DNA of 64,000 nt, from assembly GCA_002688315.1 (NCBI GenBank), contig NZCN01000010.1, positions 7,756-71,755 on the forward strand, given 5' to 3'. Within the stretch, counting starts at the first letter, position 1. Each line of letters starts with the position of its first letter. The notes under the pieces are model-generated. The model ran no database searches and had not been told where the DNA came from. It saw only the letters and a program-made list of their open reading frames with translations. The stretch is from Candidatus Woesearchaeota archaeon (lineage in GTDB: Archaea > Nanobdellota > Nanobdellia > Woesearchaeales > UBA10216). Both the position numbers and the translations under genes were made by a program. Shown piece after piece: positions 8,424-19,396 of this stretch.

Positions 8424-9826
8424 AACAGGTACAGATTCAAAAAATCAAGAAAGCAATGGATACTGCTGTTGAAAGCAAAGATTCTTTTGTAGCAGAACCA
8501 GGAAAGCTTGATGAGGAACTTGTAAGATTTATTTCAAAAGATAAAAATGAGCCTGATTGGATGCTGAAGAAACGGCTTAAAGCTTTGGAATTGTTTAAGA
8601 AAACTCCAATGCCGAAATGGGGGCCAAGCTTAAAGAAACTAGAAATGGACAAAATTATATTCTACAGAACACCAGATATGGAGCAAACAACAGATTGGGA
8701 GGAAGTTCCTTCGGAAATAAAGAAAACTTTTGATGCTTTAGGAATTCCAGAAGCAGAACGCAAAGCATTAGGAGGAACTGGAGCGCAGTTTGAATCAAAC
8801 GTTATCTACCATAAACTAAAAAAAGAATTCGATAAGCAAGGAGTGATTTTTGAAGACATGAATGTTGCAGTAAAAAAATATCCTGAATTGGTAAAGAAAT
8901 ATTTCATGACAAACTGCATTCCAATAAGTGATCACAAGTTCATAATGCTGCATGCTGCAGTCTGGAGTGGAGGTACGTTCATTTATGTTCCAAAAAATGT
9001 GAAAGTTACGCTGCCATTGCAGGCATACTTCCGAATGAATGCAAAACTTGGCGGCCAGTTTGAGCATACGCTGATAGTAGTAGAAGCTGGGGGCGAGGTA
9101 AATTATATTGAAGGCTGTTCAGCTCCGCAGTTTGGAGAAGCAAAAGCACTGCATGCAGGCGGTGTGGAAATTTATGTTGGAGAAGGCGCTAGAGTTAGAT
9201 ACAGCAGTGTTGAAAACTGGAGCACAAGCACATTTAACCTTAACACAAAGCGAGCCATTATTGAGAAGAATGGCATCATTGAATGGGTAGGAGGCAATAT
9301 GGGCAGTTGCACCACCATGCTTTACCCGTGCAGCATACTAAAAGGAGAAGGAGCCAGAGCAGACCATCTTGGAATTGCTTATGCAGGACGTAATCAAAAC
9401 CAAGACACAGGAGCAAAAGTGTATCATATTGCTCCAAACACCAGCTCAAATATCAGAATGAAAAGTATAAGCAAAGACGGAGGAGTTTGCACTTACCGTG
9501 GCTTAGTAAAAGTCGCTAAGAGTTCTAAAAATTCCAAAGTAGCTGCAATATGCGATGCTTTAATTTTAGACAAAAAATCCATATCAAATACAATTCCAGA
9601 CATGGACATAGGAGAGGAAACAGTCCAGATATCACACGAAGCAAGTGTTGGAAAGCTAAGCACAGAGAAAATTTTCTACTTAATGAGCCGAGGGTTAAAG
9701 GAAGAAGAAGCTATTCAGATGATTGTTACTGGATTTATGGAACCAATCATGAAAGAGCTTCCATTAGAATATGCTGTTGAACTCAACAAGTTGATACAGC
9801 TTGAAATGGTTGGAGCAGTAGGATAA
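8420..9826 (+). CDS. sufB: Fe-S assembly protein SufB
   Basis: GIPEAE, AVWSGG, GQFEHT, YIEGC, HEASVG, YLMSRG. Confidence 0.97.
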   Translation: MKQVQIQKIKKAMDTAVESKDSFVAEPGKLDEELVRFISKDKNEPDWMLKKRLKALELFKKTPMPKWGPSLKKLEMDKIIFYRTPDMEQTTDWEEVPSEIKKTFDALGIPEAERKALGGTGAQFESNVIYHKLKKEFDKQGVIFEDMNVAVKKYPELVKKYFMTNCIPISDHKFIMLHAAVWSGGTFIYVPKNVKVTLPLQAYFRMNAKLGGQFEHTLIVVEAGGEVNYIEGCSAPQFGEAKALHAGGVEIYVGEGARVRYSSVENWSTSTFNLNTKRAIIEKNGIIEWVGGNMGSCTTMLYPCSILKGEGARADHLGIAYAGRNQNQDTGAKVYHIAPNTSSNIRMKSISKDGGVCTYRGLVKVAKSSKNSKVAAICDALILDKKSISNTIPDMDIGEETVQISHEASVGKLSTEKIFYLMSRGLKEEEAIQMIVTGFMEPIMKELPLEYAVELNKLIQLEMVGAVG

Positions 9827-9849
9827 AATTTCTGAAGTTTTGCAAGAAA

Positions 9850-10662
9850 ATGAAAAAAACAATACGAATCCCAAAAAATGCTGAGAACAGAACAATCAAG
9901 CTCAAAGGAAAAAGCGGATTTTCACAGATTAGTATTGTGGCAGAAGAAGGAAGCAAAACAACGATCATAGAAGATATTTCAGATAATGCTAACAGAAAAG
10001 AAGTTATTGAAATAATTGCAAAACCAAACTCAGAAATAAGATTTGGGGCAGTGCAGAAACTACCTGACTGCGAAAATATTGTATCAAGAAAAGCAGTTAT
10101 TCATAAAAACGCGAATGTTGAATGGCTTGAAATCATTACAGGCAGCTCAATAACAAAATCAGAGACTTGTTCTGAACTTGTTGGCGAAGGAGCTAAAAGC
10201 AGTATTTTTACAGTTTTTTTCGGAAACAAAAAACAGCAATTTGAATTTGTAAACAAATGCGTTCATATTGGAAAAAACACAGAGTCAGACATGCACACAA
10301 GCGGAGCTTTAAAAGACAAAGCAAAAGCATTGCAGCAAGGGTTTGCCAAAATAGAAAAAAAAGCTTATAACGCTTCTGCACATCAAAAATCCAAGATTTT
10401 ATTGTTGAGTGAAGATGCAAGAGCACTGCCAACTCCAAAATTAGAGATAGACAATAACGAAGTTGTTGCAACTCATCAGGCTTCAGTAGGGCAAATTGAA
10501 AGTGAGAAAATTTTCTATTTAATGAGCCGCGGTATTGATGAAAGAGAAGCAAAGAAACTCTTTGTTGAAGGATTTTTTGAGCAATACATGAGCAGAATTC
10601 CTGTTTCCGAGCTAAGAGAAGATGTAGAAACAATTGTTGCAGAGAGGATGGAAGATGATTGA
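9850..10662 (+). CDS. sufD: Fe-S assembly protein SufD (short)
   Basis: PKLEI, H.ASVG, FYLMSRGI; operon position. Confidence 0.9.
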   Translation: MKKTIRIPKNAENRTIKLKGKSGFSQISIVAEEGSKTTIIEDISDNANRKEVIEIIAKPNSEIRFGAVQKLPDCENIVSRKAVIHKNANVEWLEIITGSSITKSETCSELVGEGAKSSIFTVFFGNKKQQFEFVNKCVHIGKNTESDMHTSGALKDKAKALQQGFAKIEKKAYNASAHQKSKILLLSEDARALPTPKLEIDNNEVVATHQASVGQIESEKIFYLMSRGIDEREAKKLFVEGFFEQYMSRIPVSELREDVETIVAERMEDD

Positions 10663-11857
10663 CGCAAGAAAAGATTTCCCCATACTTTCAAGGAAAGTGC
10701 ATGGAAAAAAGCTTGTTTACTTAGATAATGCTGCAACAGCACAAAAGCCAAAACAAGTTATTGAAGCAATTAAGAATTATTATGAAAATTACAATTCAAA
10801 CGTTCATAGAGCTGTGCATCAGCTAAGCGCAGAAGCAACAGATGCGTACGATGAAGCGCATGAGAAAACAGCAAATTTCATTAATGCTGAGGAAGAAGAG
10901 GTAATATTTACAAAAAACACTACTGAATCCATTAACATTATCGCTAACCATTTTGCTAGGACTCTAAGAAAGAATGATGAGATTGTTTTGACACAAATGG
11001 AACACCACAGCAACATAGTTCCATGGCTTAATACTGCCAAGATTACAGGAGCTAAGATTAAGTATGCTGAGATAAATAAAGATGGCGAGCTGGACCTTGA
11101 GCAAATTAAGAAACTTATCACTAACAAAACAAAAATAGTTGCATTAGCTCATGTTTCCAATGTTTTGGGAACAATTAACCCTGTAAAAGAAATTGCAAAG
11201 GTTGCGCATGATAAAGGAGCATTAGTGTTAATAGACGGAGCGCAGTCAGTTCCACACATGCCTGTGGATGTTAAGGAGTTGGACTGCGATTTTCTTGCGT
11301 TCTCAGCCCATAAAATGCTTGGGCCAACAGGAATAGGAGTTTTGTATGGGAAAAAAGAACTGCTTGAGAACATAGAACCATTTAATTTTGGAGGAGACAT
11401 GATAAAAGAAGTTACATTTGAAAATGCGTCATGGAATGATTTGCCATGGAAATTTGAAGCAGGAACGCCAAACATGGCAGGAGCTGTTGGATTATCAGCA
11501 GCAATTGATTACCTAAAAAAAATAGGGATGGAGAAAATAAGAGAGCATGAATTAGAGCTAACAAAATATGCTATTAAAAAACTCAGCAGTATAGAAGGAG
11601 TTGAGATTTACGGGCCAAAGCAGCGAGTAGGTGTTATTTCATTCAATCTTAAAAATGTTCATCCGCATGATGTTTCATCAATACTTGACAGCGAAGGAGT
11701 TGCGGTTAGAGGCGGCCATCATTGTGCTATGCCGCTTATGAAACTGCTTGGAATACAAGGAAGCGTAAGAGCAAGCTTCTACTTTTACAACACAAAAGAA
11801 GAAATTGATGTTTTTGTGAAAGCGCTTGCTAAAGTTAAAAAAATAATGGGAGCTTAA
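10655..11857 (+). CDS. sufS: Cysteine desulfurase SufS
   Basis: YLDNAAT, SAHKMLGP, RGGHHCA. Confidence 0.97.
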   Translation: MIDARKDFPILSRKVHGKKLVYLDNAATAQKPKQVIEAIKNYYENYNSNVHRAVHQLSAEATDAYDEAHEKTANFINAEEEEVIFTKNTTESINIIANHFARTLRKNDEIVLTQMEHHSNIVPWLNTAKITGAKIKYAEINKDGELDLEQIKKLITNKTKIVALAHVSNVLGTINPVKEIAKVAHDKGALVLIDGAQSVPHMPVDVKELDCDFLAFSAHKMLGPTGIGVLYGKKELLENIEPFNFGGDMIKEVTFENASWNDLPWKFEAGTPNMAGAVGLSAAIDYLKKIGMEKIREHELELTKYAIKKLSSIEGVEIYGPKQRVGVISFNLKNVHPHDVSSILDSEGVAVRGGHHCAMPLMKLLGIQGSVRASFYFYNTKEEIDVFVKALAKVKKIMGA

Positions 11858-11858
11858 A

Positions 11859-12251
11859 ATGGATTTGGCAGAAGACATGTACAAAGAAGAACTGCTTGAA
11901 CACTATAGAGAGCCACAAAACTATGGAGAAATTAAAGATACAGATGTTAAATACAAAGATTTCAATCCAGTATGCGGAGACGAAATTGAGATTTATGCTG
12001 ATATCAAAAAAGGTGTGATTGAAAATGTTAAGTTTACAGGAAAAGGATGCGCAATAAGCCAAGCTGCTGCATCTATTTTAACTGAACACATTAAAAGCAA
12101 AAAGATTGAAGATGTTAAAAAAATGAGCAATGAGGAAGTGCTAGAGCTGCTTCCAATCAAAGTAAGCAATCTGCGCATAAAATGCGGTTTGCTTGCGCTT
12201 AAAGCAATACAAAAAGGATTGTTGATTTATGAGAGGAAAAAACATGAATGA
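11859..12251 (+). CDS. sufU: SufU/NifU-like scaffold
   Basis: NPVCGD, GCAISQA, RIKC. Confidence 0.92.
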   Translation: MDLAEDMYKEELLEHYREPQNYGEIKDTDVKYKDFNPVCGDEIEIYADIKKGVIENVKFTGKGCAISQAAASILTEHIKSKKIEDVKKMSNEEVLELLPIKVSNLRIKCGLLALKAIQKGLLIYERKKHE

Positions 12252-12984
12252 TTTAGAAATAAAAAACCTGCATGTTACTGTTGAAGGAACAGAAATACTC
12301 AAAGGAGTTAATCTTACAGTAAGCAAAGGAGAAGTTGTAGCGTTGATGGGGCCTAACGGCTCTGGGAAAAGCACATTGGCGTATACAATAGCAGGGCATC
12401 CAAGCTATGTTGTTACAAAAGGCAAAATTATCTTCAAAGGAAAAGACATGACTAAGCTGAGCCCTGACAAGCGCGCAAAAGAAGGCTTGTTTTTATCATT
12501 CCAGTATCCGCAGGAAATAAGCGGAGTTAGCATTGCTAATTTTCTAAGAACAGCAGTAAACGCAAAACTCTCTTCAAAGATGCCAGTTAAAGAATTTATG
12601 AAACTTCTTAAGGAGAAAATGCAGTTGCTCAAAATGGATGAAAGCTTTGTAAAGCGTTACGTGAATGAAGGCTTTTCAGGAGGCGAAAAGAAACGAGCTG
12701 AAATACTGCAGCTTGCAATGCTAAAGCCGGAAATGGCAATGCTTGATGAGACAGATTCTGGGTTAGACATTACTTCTATGAAAACAGTTGCTGAAGGAAT
12801 AAAGAAAGTGATGAGCAAAGACATGGGTGTTTTGCTAATAACTCACTACCAAAGATTTCTCAACTACATAAAGCCGGATAGAGTGATTGTAATGATTAAC
12901 GGAAAAATCGTAAAAGAAGGCGGTCATAAACTAGTTGAAGAACTGGAAGCTAAAGGCTATGAAGAATTGCTAGCCGAAACTTAA
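12244..12984 (+). CDS. sufC: Fe-S assembly ATPase SufC
   Basis: GPNGSGKS, FSGGEKKR, LDETDSGLD. Confidence 0.97.
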   Translation: MNDLEIKNLHVTVEGTEILKGVNLTVSKGEVVALMGPNGSGKSTLAYTIAGHPSYVVTKGKIIFKGKDMTKLSPDKRAKEGLFLSFQYPQEISGVSIANFLRTAVNAKLSSKMPVKEFMKLLKEKMQLLKMDESFVKRYVNEGFSGGEKKRAEILQLAMLKPEMAMLDETDSGLDITSMKTVAEGIKKVMSKDMGVLLITHYQRFLNYIKPDRVIVMINGKIVKEGGHKLVEELEAKGYEELLAET

Positions 12985-12985
12985 A

Positions 12986-13120
12986 TTATTTCAATTTTGT
13001 AGCTTTCTTTTTCTTAATCAGATTACTCAATTTTATCTTGAGCTTATTTTCGAACGCTTTCCACGCTTTTGGATCTGTGAACAAAACTTCAATACGTTTC
13101 TCATTTTTTGCCTTTTTCAT
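12986..13120 (-). CDS. 44-aa basic microprotein MKKAKNEKRIEVLFTDPKAWKAFENKLKIKLSNLIKKKKATKLK
   Basis: Manual translation; starts 1 nt after the upstream gene's stop. Confidence 0.45.
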   Translation of the reverse strand: MKKAKNEKRIEVLFTDPKAWKAFENKLKIKLSNLIKKKKATKLK

Positions 13121-13121
13121 A

Positions 13122-13727
13122 TTAACCGCCCAATTGCTTCATAGCAATTTTAAGATCTTTAGTTTGAATCTGCGCCTGCTTATAATATTTCGAATTTTGC
13201 TTCATTCCTAATGACGAACCTATAGCGTAAAGCTTTTGCACTGTTTGATAAAAATTTACAGCTTTGTCCCAGTAAGAAATTACTTCGTAAGGCTTGCAAC
13301 CGCTCACAAGATTAGCATTTCCTTGACGATGATTTAATGTGCCTGCATTCCACAAAAGAGGAATCCCTTTAGTAAAAATTTTAATTTTTCTAACTTCAAA
13401 ATCATTACGATGCATTTGATTTTGGAAGGATAGCAAAGCCAGAGCTGCAGATAAGTACGCTTTCAGAGCTTTATTGGAATTTCCAGCTTGAGTCCAGTGA
13501 ATGTGCTCTTGTAATCCGAGATCAACTATTTCTGCGTTTAGAAGCTTAATCACTTTAGTAAACTTGTTTTTCTCAGCCATGTTTTTTGCTGTTAAAGCTG
13601 TTTTTTTCGAATCTTCAAATTCGTTTAGACGAGCTTCAGTTTTTTGAAGAAAAATCTTAATAGCAAGTAGATTTTCTGAAAAAGATTTTACCCGATAACT
13701 TTTTTTAGTTTTAGTAACAGCTTCCAT
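13122..13727 (-). CDS. Hypothetical basic helical protein
   Basis: About 200-aa ORF with no recognised motif. Confidence 0.6.
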   Translation of the reverse strand: MEAVTKTKKSYRVKSFSENLLAIKIFLQKTEARLNEFEDSKKTALTAKNMAEKNKFTKVIKLLNAEIVDLGLQEHIHWTQAGNSNKALKAYLSAALALLSFQNQMHRNDFEVRKIKIFTKGIPLLWNAGTLNHRQGNANLVSGCKPYEVISYWDKAVNFYQTVQKLYAIGSSLGMKQNSKYYKQAQIQTKDLKIAMKQLGG

Positions 13728-13896
13728 AATAAAAACCAATCTTTATAATTTACATAAATTATATAATTTTTAATTCAAGCTTCTCATCTTTAAGCTTTAT
13801 TGTTCTGTAAACTATATATCCCTCTATGAAATAGCTTTTTTTAAGTCGATATGAAGAACAGGAAGGTTTATAAATGAATAATTATATAATTTATAA

Positions 13897-14448
13897 ATGT
13901 CTAAGAAAATATTTGATTATAGGTATTTTGTAACGGGTGTTATTGTTATAGCGCTGTTAGGAGCACCAATCTTGGTTAAACCAGTCATATCCGCTTACAC
14001 AGCATATAACGTAGAACCGGACACTCAAATTAATAAGACGGATTTGTTAAACTTGCAGCTTTCAATAATTAATTCTAGTTTAGTTCTGTGCAGCGATACT
14101 AACGACAAATTACTAGCAGAATTAGAGGATAACCATGAACAACTGGTAACTTGCGTAGGTGAAAGAAGTTCTTATGAAACAAATTTGAGTATGCAGGTTT
14201 CTGAATATGAAAAAGAAATAAATGCTTTATCGAGCGTTGTAACAAACATGGAAGGAGAGATTGTGGATTTAGAAGTTAAAGATGAAGAACTTAATGACTT
14301 AAAAGTGCGCTATGCAATGGTTGTAGAAAACTCCGCACATAACATATGCTGTAAACAAAGGATAGATAAACCTTCTATATCGTCTTATGATGTGCAGGAT
14401 AACAAGATTGTATGCCTGGAAGAAGGAACGTTAAAATTGGTGTGCTGA
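13897..14448 (+). CDS. Membrane-anchored coiled-coil protein with Cys-rich C-terminus
   Basis: N-terminal TM, heptad region, NICCK...VC...VC. Confidence 0.7.
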   Translation: MSKKIFDYRYFVTGVIVIALLGAPILVKPVISAYTAYNVEPDTQINKTDLLNLQLSIINSSLVLCSDTNDKLLAELEDNHEQLVTCVGERSSYETNLSMQVSEYEKEINALSSVVTNMEGEIVDLEVKDEELNDLKVRYAMVVENSAHNICCKQRIDKPSISSYDVQDNKIVCLEEGTLKLVC

Positions 14449-14449
14449 T

Positions 14450-14584
14450 TCAATCATTCCTAACAAGAGGTTCTCCTTTTTTAGGGCAGCCGTCTGTTCC
14501 GCAAACGTTTTTTCCAGAGTTAAACTCTTCCTCGCTCACAGAACCACCGCAAGTTCCTTCGCAAACATATCTTGCTTCAGTCAT
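14450..14584 (-). CDS. 44-aa four-Cys microprotein MTEARYVCEGTCGGSVSEEEFNSGKNVCGTDGCPKKGEPLVRND
   Basis: Manual translation; CxxxC...CxxxxC. Confidence 0.65.
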   Translation of the reverse strand: MTEARYVCEGTCGGSVSEEEFNSGKNVCGTDGCPKKGEPLVRND

Positions 14585-14623
14585 AAAACATTACTGCTGT
14601 TGGAGTCTATAAAAAAGTATTGT

Positions 14624-15730
14624 TTAGTTATCTTTTAGAAATTCGTTTACTTTATCCACCACATACCTTATTTGCTCTTCTGAAAGTTCAGGATACATTG
14701 GAAGAGATACAATTTCTTTAGCAGCTTGCTCTGATGCTGGAAAAGAACCTTCTTTTAAACCCATAAAAGAGTAAGCTTTCAGAAGATGAACAGGAATTGG
14801 ATAATGAATTCCAGAGGCAACGCCATTTTTTTCAAGATACTCTCTTAACTTATCCCTGTTTTTTGCCCTGATGCAGTACACGTGATAAACATGCTTTGCG
14901 TAAGGTGCTTCAAAAGGCAAAGTAAGTTCAGTGTTTTCCAATAATTCATTGTAAAGCTGCGCATTTTTTCTTCTTTGTTCAGTCCAAGACTCCAAATGTT
15001 TTAGTTTTACTCCTAAAACAGCTGCCTGAATTGCTGCTATCCTGCAGTTATCTCCTATTATTTCATGATTGTATTTTTCTAACTCACCATGCTGCCTTAG
15101 CAAGACAATTTTTCTTGCCAGTTCTTCAGAATTTGTGCATACAGCTCCGGCTTCTCCATAAGCACCAAGATTTTTCCCAGGATAAAAAGAAAAACAGTTA
15201 ACATCTCCTATAGAGCCAGCTTTTTTGTCTTTGTAAGTCGCGTTGTGAGCCTGCGCAGCGTCTTCCACTACCTTAAGACCATGCTTACGGGCAATCTCCA
15301 TAATAGGATCCATATCACAAGGCTGGCCATAAAGATGAACAGGAATTATTGCTTTTGTTTTTTCTGTTATTTTCTCCTCAATTTTATTAGGGTCTATTGT
15401 AAACGTTTTTTCATCTATATCAACAAAAACAGGAGTAGCTCCTACATGAGATATTGCCTCTGCTGTAGCTATGAACGTGGAAGGAGTTGTTATTACTTCA
15501 TCTCCAGGCTTAATATCCAAAGCAAGCAATGCTAGCCGTAACGCAGAGGTTCCATTATTCACTCCAACGCAAAATTTTGCATCGCATAACTTTGCAAAGT
15601 TTTCTTCAAAAGCCTCAACTTTTTTTCCAAGTATGAAAGCAGTGTTATCTAACACATCCTGTATCTCAGAATCAATTTCTTCCTTTATGTTCAGGTACTG
15701 AGTTTTTAAGTCAACAAAAGGTATTTGCAT
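14624..15730 (-). CDS. DegT/DnrJ/EryC1/StrS sugar aminotransferase
   Basis: [26 protein letters not shown]. Confidence 0.95.
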   Translation of the reverse strand: MQIPFVDLKTQYLNIKEEIDSEIQDVLDNTAFILGKKVEAFEENFAKLCDAKFCVGVNNGTSALRLALLALDIKPGDEVITTPSTFIATAEAISHVGATPVFVDIDEKTFTIDPNKIEEKITEKTKAIIPVHLYGQPCDMDPIMEIARKHGLKVVEDAAQAHNATYKDKKAGSIGDVNCFSFYPGKNLGAYGEAGAVCTNSEELARKIVLLRQHGELEKYNHEIIGDNCRIAAIQAAVLGVKLKHLESWTEQRRKNAQLYNELLENTELTLPFEAPYAKHVYHVYCIRAKNRDKLREYLEKNGVASGIHYPIPVHLLKAYSFMGLKEGSFPASEQAAKEIVSLPMYPELSEEQIRYVVDKVNEFLKDN

Positions 15731-15731
15731 T

Positions 15732-16205
15732 TTACTTCTCTAGTTTTTTTAATATTTTAGCTGGGTTTCCAACAACAATAACATTAGCTGGAACATCTTT
15801 AGTAACAACAGAGCCTGCTCCTACAACTGAGTTTTCTCCAACTGTAATTCCTCCAAGAATAGTTGCGTTAGCGCCTATAGATGCTCCTTTTTTAACAATA
15901 GTAGTTAACGGTTTCCAATCTTCTCCTTTCTCTCTTAACCTTCCATTTGTTGTAGCCCTTGGAATCTTATCATTTACAAAACAAGCATGAGGGCCGATAA
16001 AAACTTCATCTTCAAGAATAATTCCTTGCGGCAGAAACGCGAAAGCCTGTATTTTACAGTTCTTTCCTATCTTTACAGTTTCTCTTATTTCAACAAAGCT
16101 GCCAATTTTAGTATTATCACCTATCTCACACCCATATATGTTTACAAAATTAAATATTTGAACGTCTTTTCCAAGCTTAACATCTTTTATAATCTGATTT
16201 TCCAT
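15732..16205 (-). CDS. Hexapeptide-repeat sugar N-acetyltransferase
   Basis: Left-handed beta-helix repeats, [16 protein letters not shown]. Confidence 0.9.
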   Translation of the reverse strand: MENQIIKDVKLGKDVQIFNFVNIYGCEIGDNTKIGSFVEIRETVKIGKNCKIQAFAFLPQGIILEDEVFIGPHACFVNDKIPRATTNGRLREKGEDWKPLTTIVKKGASIGANATILGGITVGENSVVGAGSVVTKDVPANVIVVGNPAKILKKLEK

Positions 16206-16211
16206 TTTAAA

Positions 16212-17240
16212 TTATAAAAAAACCTCTTTGCCTTGATTTTTGAGTGATTCCTGAATAGCTTCTATAACTTTAACAACTCTTAACCCAGACGTTCCATCGC
16301 TAACAGGCTTTTCTTCTTTGTTTATGCAATCGACAAAATGAGTGCACATAATATTCAATGGTTCTTTATCATCAAGTTCAGGCGCATTTGAATCTCCGCT
16401 CTTGTATACAATATTAAATTCTTCCCAAGTTCCATAATACTTGTCTTTAGGAAGACTATTTTTTTCTAAAGTAACACCTTTGTCGTAAACTCTTACTTTC
16501 TCTGTTTTCTCAGTATCATCATACACCAACATTTTTTTATTTCCAACTATTGTTGTTTTTCTAATCTTTAATGGGTCAAGCCAGCTCACATGCATGTGCA
16601 CTCTTACATTGCCATCGAATTTCAAAGTTATCTGAGCATCATCTTCAATGTCTTCTAAAACATAAGCCATTCCTTCAGCTTTAACACTTGAAGGCATTTT
16701 TCCAATTAAAAAAAGCAGAATAGAAATATCATGAGGAGCAAGATCCCATACAACATTAATATCCTTTTGAAATAATCCGAGATTAACCCGAACCATATCA
16801 ATCGTGAATATTTTTCCCAATTCATTGTTGTCCAAAATTTCTTTTATCTTATTTACTGCAGGAGTATACTCAAAAGTATGGTCAACCATCAAAACTAACT
16901 TATTTGTTTCTGCTAGTTTAATCAGCTCTTCAGCATTTTCTGAGATAGATGTAATTGGTTTTTCTATCAAAACATGCTTATTATTTTCCAAAGCTTTTTT
17001 CGCAAGCTCAAAATGCGTAGAAACAGGAGTTGCAATAACAATCGCATTTACTTCAGGATCATTGATTAAATCCATGTAATTCTTTGTTGTTTTTATCTCA
17101 GGATAAAGATTTTTTACATACTCAAGGCGTTCATCACTCAAGTCAGCGCACCATAAAACTTTTGACTGCCCTGTCTGGCTGAAATTCCTAATTAAATTAG
17201 GCCCCCAATAACCCGCACCTATTACCCCAACATTAACCAA
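16212..17240 (-). CDS. Gfo/Idh/MocA oxidoreductase (sugar 3-dehydrogenase-like)
   Basis: GAGYWGPN, IEKP, WDLAPHD. Confidence 0.92.
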   Translation of the reverse strand: MVNVGVIGAGYWGPNLIRNFSQTGQSKVLWCADLSDERLEYVKNLYPEIKTTKNYMDLINDPEVNAIVIATPVSTHFELAKKALENNKHVLIEKPITSISENAEELIKLAETNKLVLMVDHTFEYTPAVNKIKEILDNNELGKIFTIDMVRVNLGLFQKDINVVWDLAPHDISILLFLIGKMPSSVKAEGMAYVLEDIEDDAQITLKFDGNVRVHMHVSWLDPLKIRKTTIVGNKKMLVYDDTEKTEKVRVYDKGVTLEKNSLPKDKYYGTWEEFNIVYKSGDSNAPELDDKEPLNIMCTHFVDCINKEEKPVSDGTSGLRVVKVIEAIQESLKNQGKEVFL

Positions 17241-17279
17241 GTTGAATCATTGTTAAGAATTTGACAATAGCTTAAAAAT

Positions 17280-18380
17280 TTATTGTTTTAGCTCTCTTAT
17301 CGCCTTATCTAACCTTGATGCGATGTTCTTCCAGTCAAATTTCATTGCTGTTTTTCTTGAGTTAACTTTCTTTAACTTAAGAGCGTACCTGATTTTTTCC
17401 TTCAAATCTTCAATATTTCCTGCTTTTGCTATCATTTTTTTATCGTCTATATGCCTGTACATCTCACCAGCATCTGTTATCACAAGCGGCTTATCACAAG
17501 CCATAAATTCCATAATCTTGTATGGAGAGAACATAACTTCTGTAAATTTGTTTTTTGGATAAGGAATAACCATTAAATCAGAAGCATTAATAGCAAAAGA
17601 AACGTTTTTTTGCGATAAAGAGCCTAAATAAATAAGTCCTTTTTTGTCAAAATCAAAACTTTCTTTAGAAGCAGTTCCTATATTGCCTACAAGAAGCAAG
17701 TTAAGGTTTTTTATTTCATCTCTTAAGTCCTCATAAGCTTTGATTAAGATATCAACTCCTTGTATCTTTTGCAAAGAGCCAATATAGGAAATTATTTTTT
17801 TATCTGAAGGCAATTTTAATTTCTTTCTTGAACTTATTTTATCCAAAGGCCTGAATAGTTTTGTGTCAACACCATTTGGAATTGTTATTGTCTTCTTTTT
17901 CCTAATCTTCATTGCGTTTTGCGTCAAAATATTGCCTGCGCACATCACCAAATCAGAATTTTTTACAACATGCCTTTCAAACAAGCCAAAAAAAGGAAGC
18001 TTGTAGCTCTTGTAAACCAAATAATTATCCTGTATGTCGTATACAAACGGTATCTTATATTTCTTAGACATAAAATAACCAATAACCCCCCATAAAGGAT
18101 CAGAAGTTGCTATAAGCAAATCATAATTATCGTTTTTTATGACTTTTCTTAAATCTGACAATAAATTAAAAAATTTCAAATGCTTAAATGGCCTTATAAA
18201 AATTCTCATCTTATGCAAATACAAATTTTTATTTTCCATTTTCTTGTAATCAACACAAAAGAAATCTATTTCATGCCCAAGGTCTCTTAATCGCTCAAAC
18301 AGCCTCACCTGCCTTCCGAAATCCTCGTTTATTATGTCCCTTGTTGCAGTATACCTGCTTGTAAAAACCAGTATTTTCAT
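17280..18380 (-). CDS. Glycosyltransferase family 4
   Basis: IPNGVD, KGVD-like QGVD, SPYKIMEFMAC. Confidence 0.9.
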   Translation of the reverse strand: MKILVFTSRYTATRDIINEDFGRQVRLFERLRDLGHEIDFFCVDYKKMENKNLYLHKMRIFIRPFKHLKFFNLLSDLRKVIKNDNYDLLIATSDPLWGVIGYFMSKKYKIPFVYDIQDNYLVYKSYKLPFFGLFERHVVKNSDLVMCAGNILTQNAMKIRKKKTITIPNGVDTKLFRPLDKISSRKKLKLPSDKKIISYIGSLQKIQGVDILIKAYEDLRDEIKNLNLLLVGNIGTASKESFDFDKKGLIYLGSLSQKNVSFAINASDLMVIPYPKNKFTEVMFSPYKIMEFMACDKPLVITDAGEMYRHIDDKKMIAKAGNIEDLKEKIRYALKLKKVNSRKTAMKFDWKNIASRLDKAIRELKQ

Positions 18381-18454
18381 ATTCAGAAAGCAAACGCCAG
18401 ATATTTTTAAGGGTTGTGGAAAAGAATTAAAAAGAAGCAAAAAATCCATGATTT

Positions 18455-19396
18455 ATGGATAGAAATCTAGCTCTTGAATTTGTTCGAGTTACAGAGGCAG
18501 CTGCTATTGAAGCCAATGCATGGGTTGGAAAAGGAGATAAGAAAGCTGCTGACAAAGCTGCAACTGAAGCAATGAGGTCTCGCTTTAACTCTGTTGACAT
18601 CAACGGAACAGTTGTTATTGGAGAGGGCGAGCGAGATGAAGCGCCAATGCTATACATTGGAGAGAAAGTAGGCTCAGGCAAAGGAATGGAAATTGACATT
18701 GCTGTAGATCCTATAGAAGGAACTAACAGTGTTGCTTTTGGCTATCCAAATTCTATTGCTGTGTTTGCCGCAGGGCCTCGCGGCACATTATTACACGCTC
18801 CAGATATGTACATGAACAAAATAGCAGTAGGGCCGAAAGCTGCAAATGCTGGAATTCACTTGGATAAAAGTGTTAAGGAAAATGTGGAAGCTGTTGCCAA
18901 CGCTTTAGGAAAGCCAGCAAGTGAAGTTACTGTTATTGTTCTTGACAGGCCACGACACGAACAAATAATAAAAGAAATAAGAGAAGCAGGAGCAAAAGTA
19001 CGGCTGATAAGTGATGGGGATGTGGCTGGAGCTATTGCACCTTGCCTTCATGATTCTGGAGTGGACATGCTAATGGGGATAGGCGCTGCTCCGGAAGGAG
19101 TTATCGCAACAACTGCTGTAAAATGCTTTGGCGGCTTTTTCCAGGGAAGACTAGCTCCAAAAGACGATGCTGAAAGAGAAAGAGCAAAATCAATGGGCGT
19201 AGACCCTGATAAACTGCTTGAAATGGAAGATTTAGCAAAAGGAGACAGCCTGCAATTTGCAGCAACAGGAATAGTTGAAGGCCCAATTCTAAAAGGAGTT
19301 ACAGAAAGCGCGCACGGCGTTCAAACACACTCATTAGTCATGCGCTCAAAAACGAAAACTATAAGATTCATAGAAACGCATCATCATGTGAAGTAA
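18455..19396 (+). CDS. glpX: Class II fructose-1,6-bisphosphatase
   Basis: VIGEGERDEAPML, DIAVDPIEGT, DGDV, GAAPEGV. Confidence 0.95.
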   Translation: MDRNLALEFVRVTEAAAIEANAWVGKGDKKAADKAATEAMRSRFNSVDINGTVVIGEGERDEAPMLYIGEKVGSGKGMEIDIAVDPIEGTNSVAFGYPNSIAVFAAGPRGTLLHAPDMYMNKIAVGPKAANAGIHLDKSVKENVEAVANALGKPASEVTVIVLDRPRHEQIIKEIREAGAKVRLISDGDVAGAIAPCLHDSGVDMLMGIGAAPEGVIATTAVKCFGGFFQGRLAPKDDAERERAKSMGVDPDKLLEMEDLAKGDSLQFAATGIVEGPILKGVTESAHGVQTHSLVMRSKTKTIRFIETHHHVK

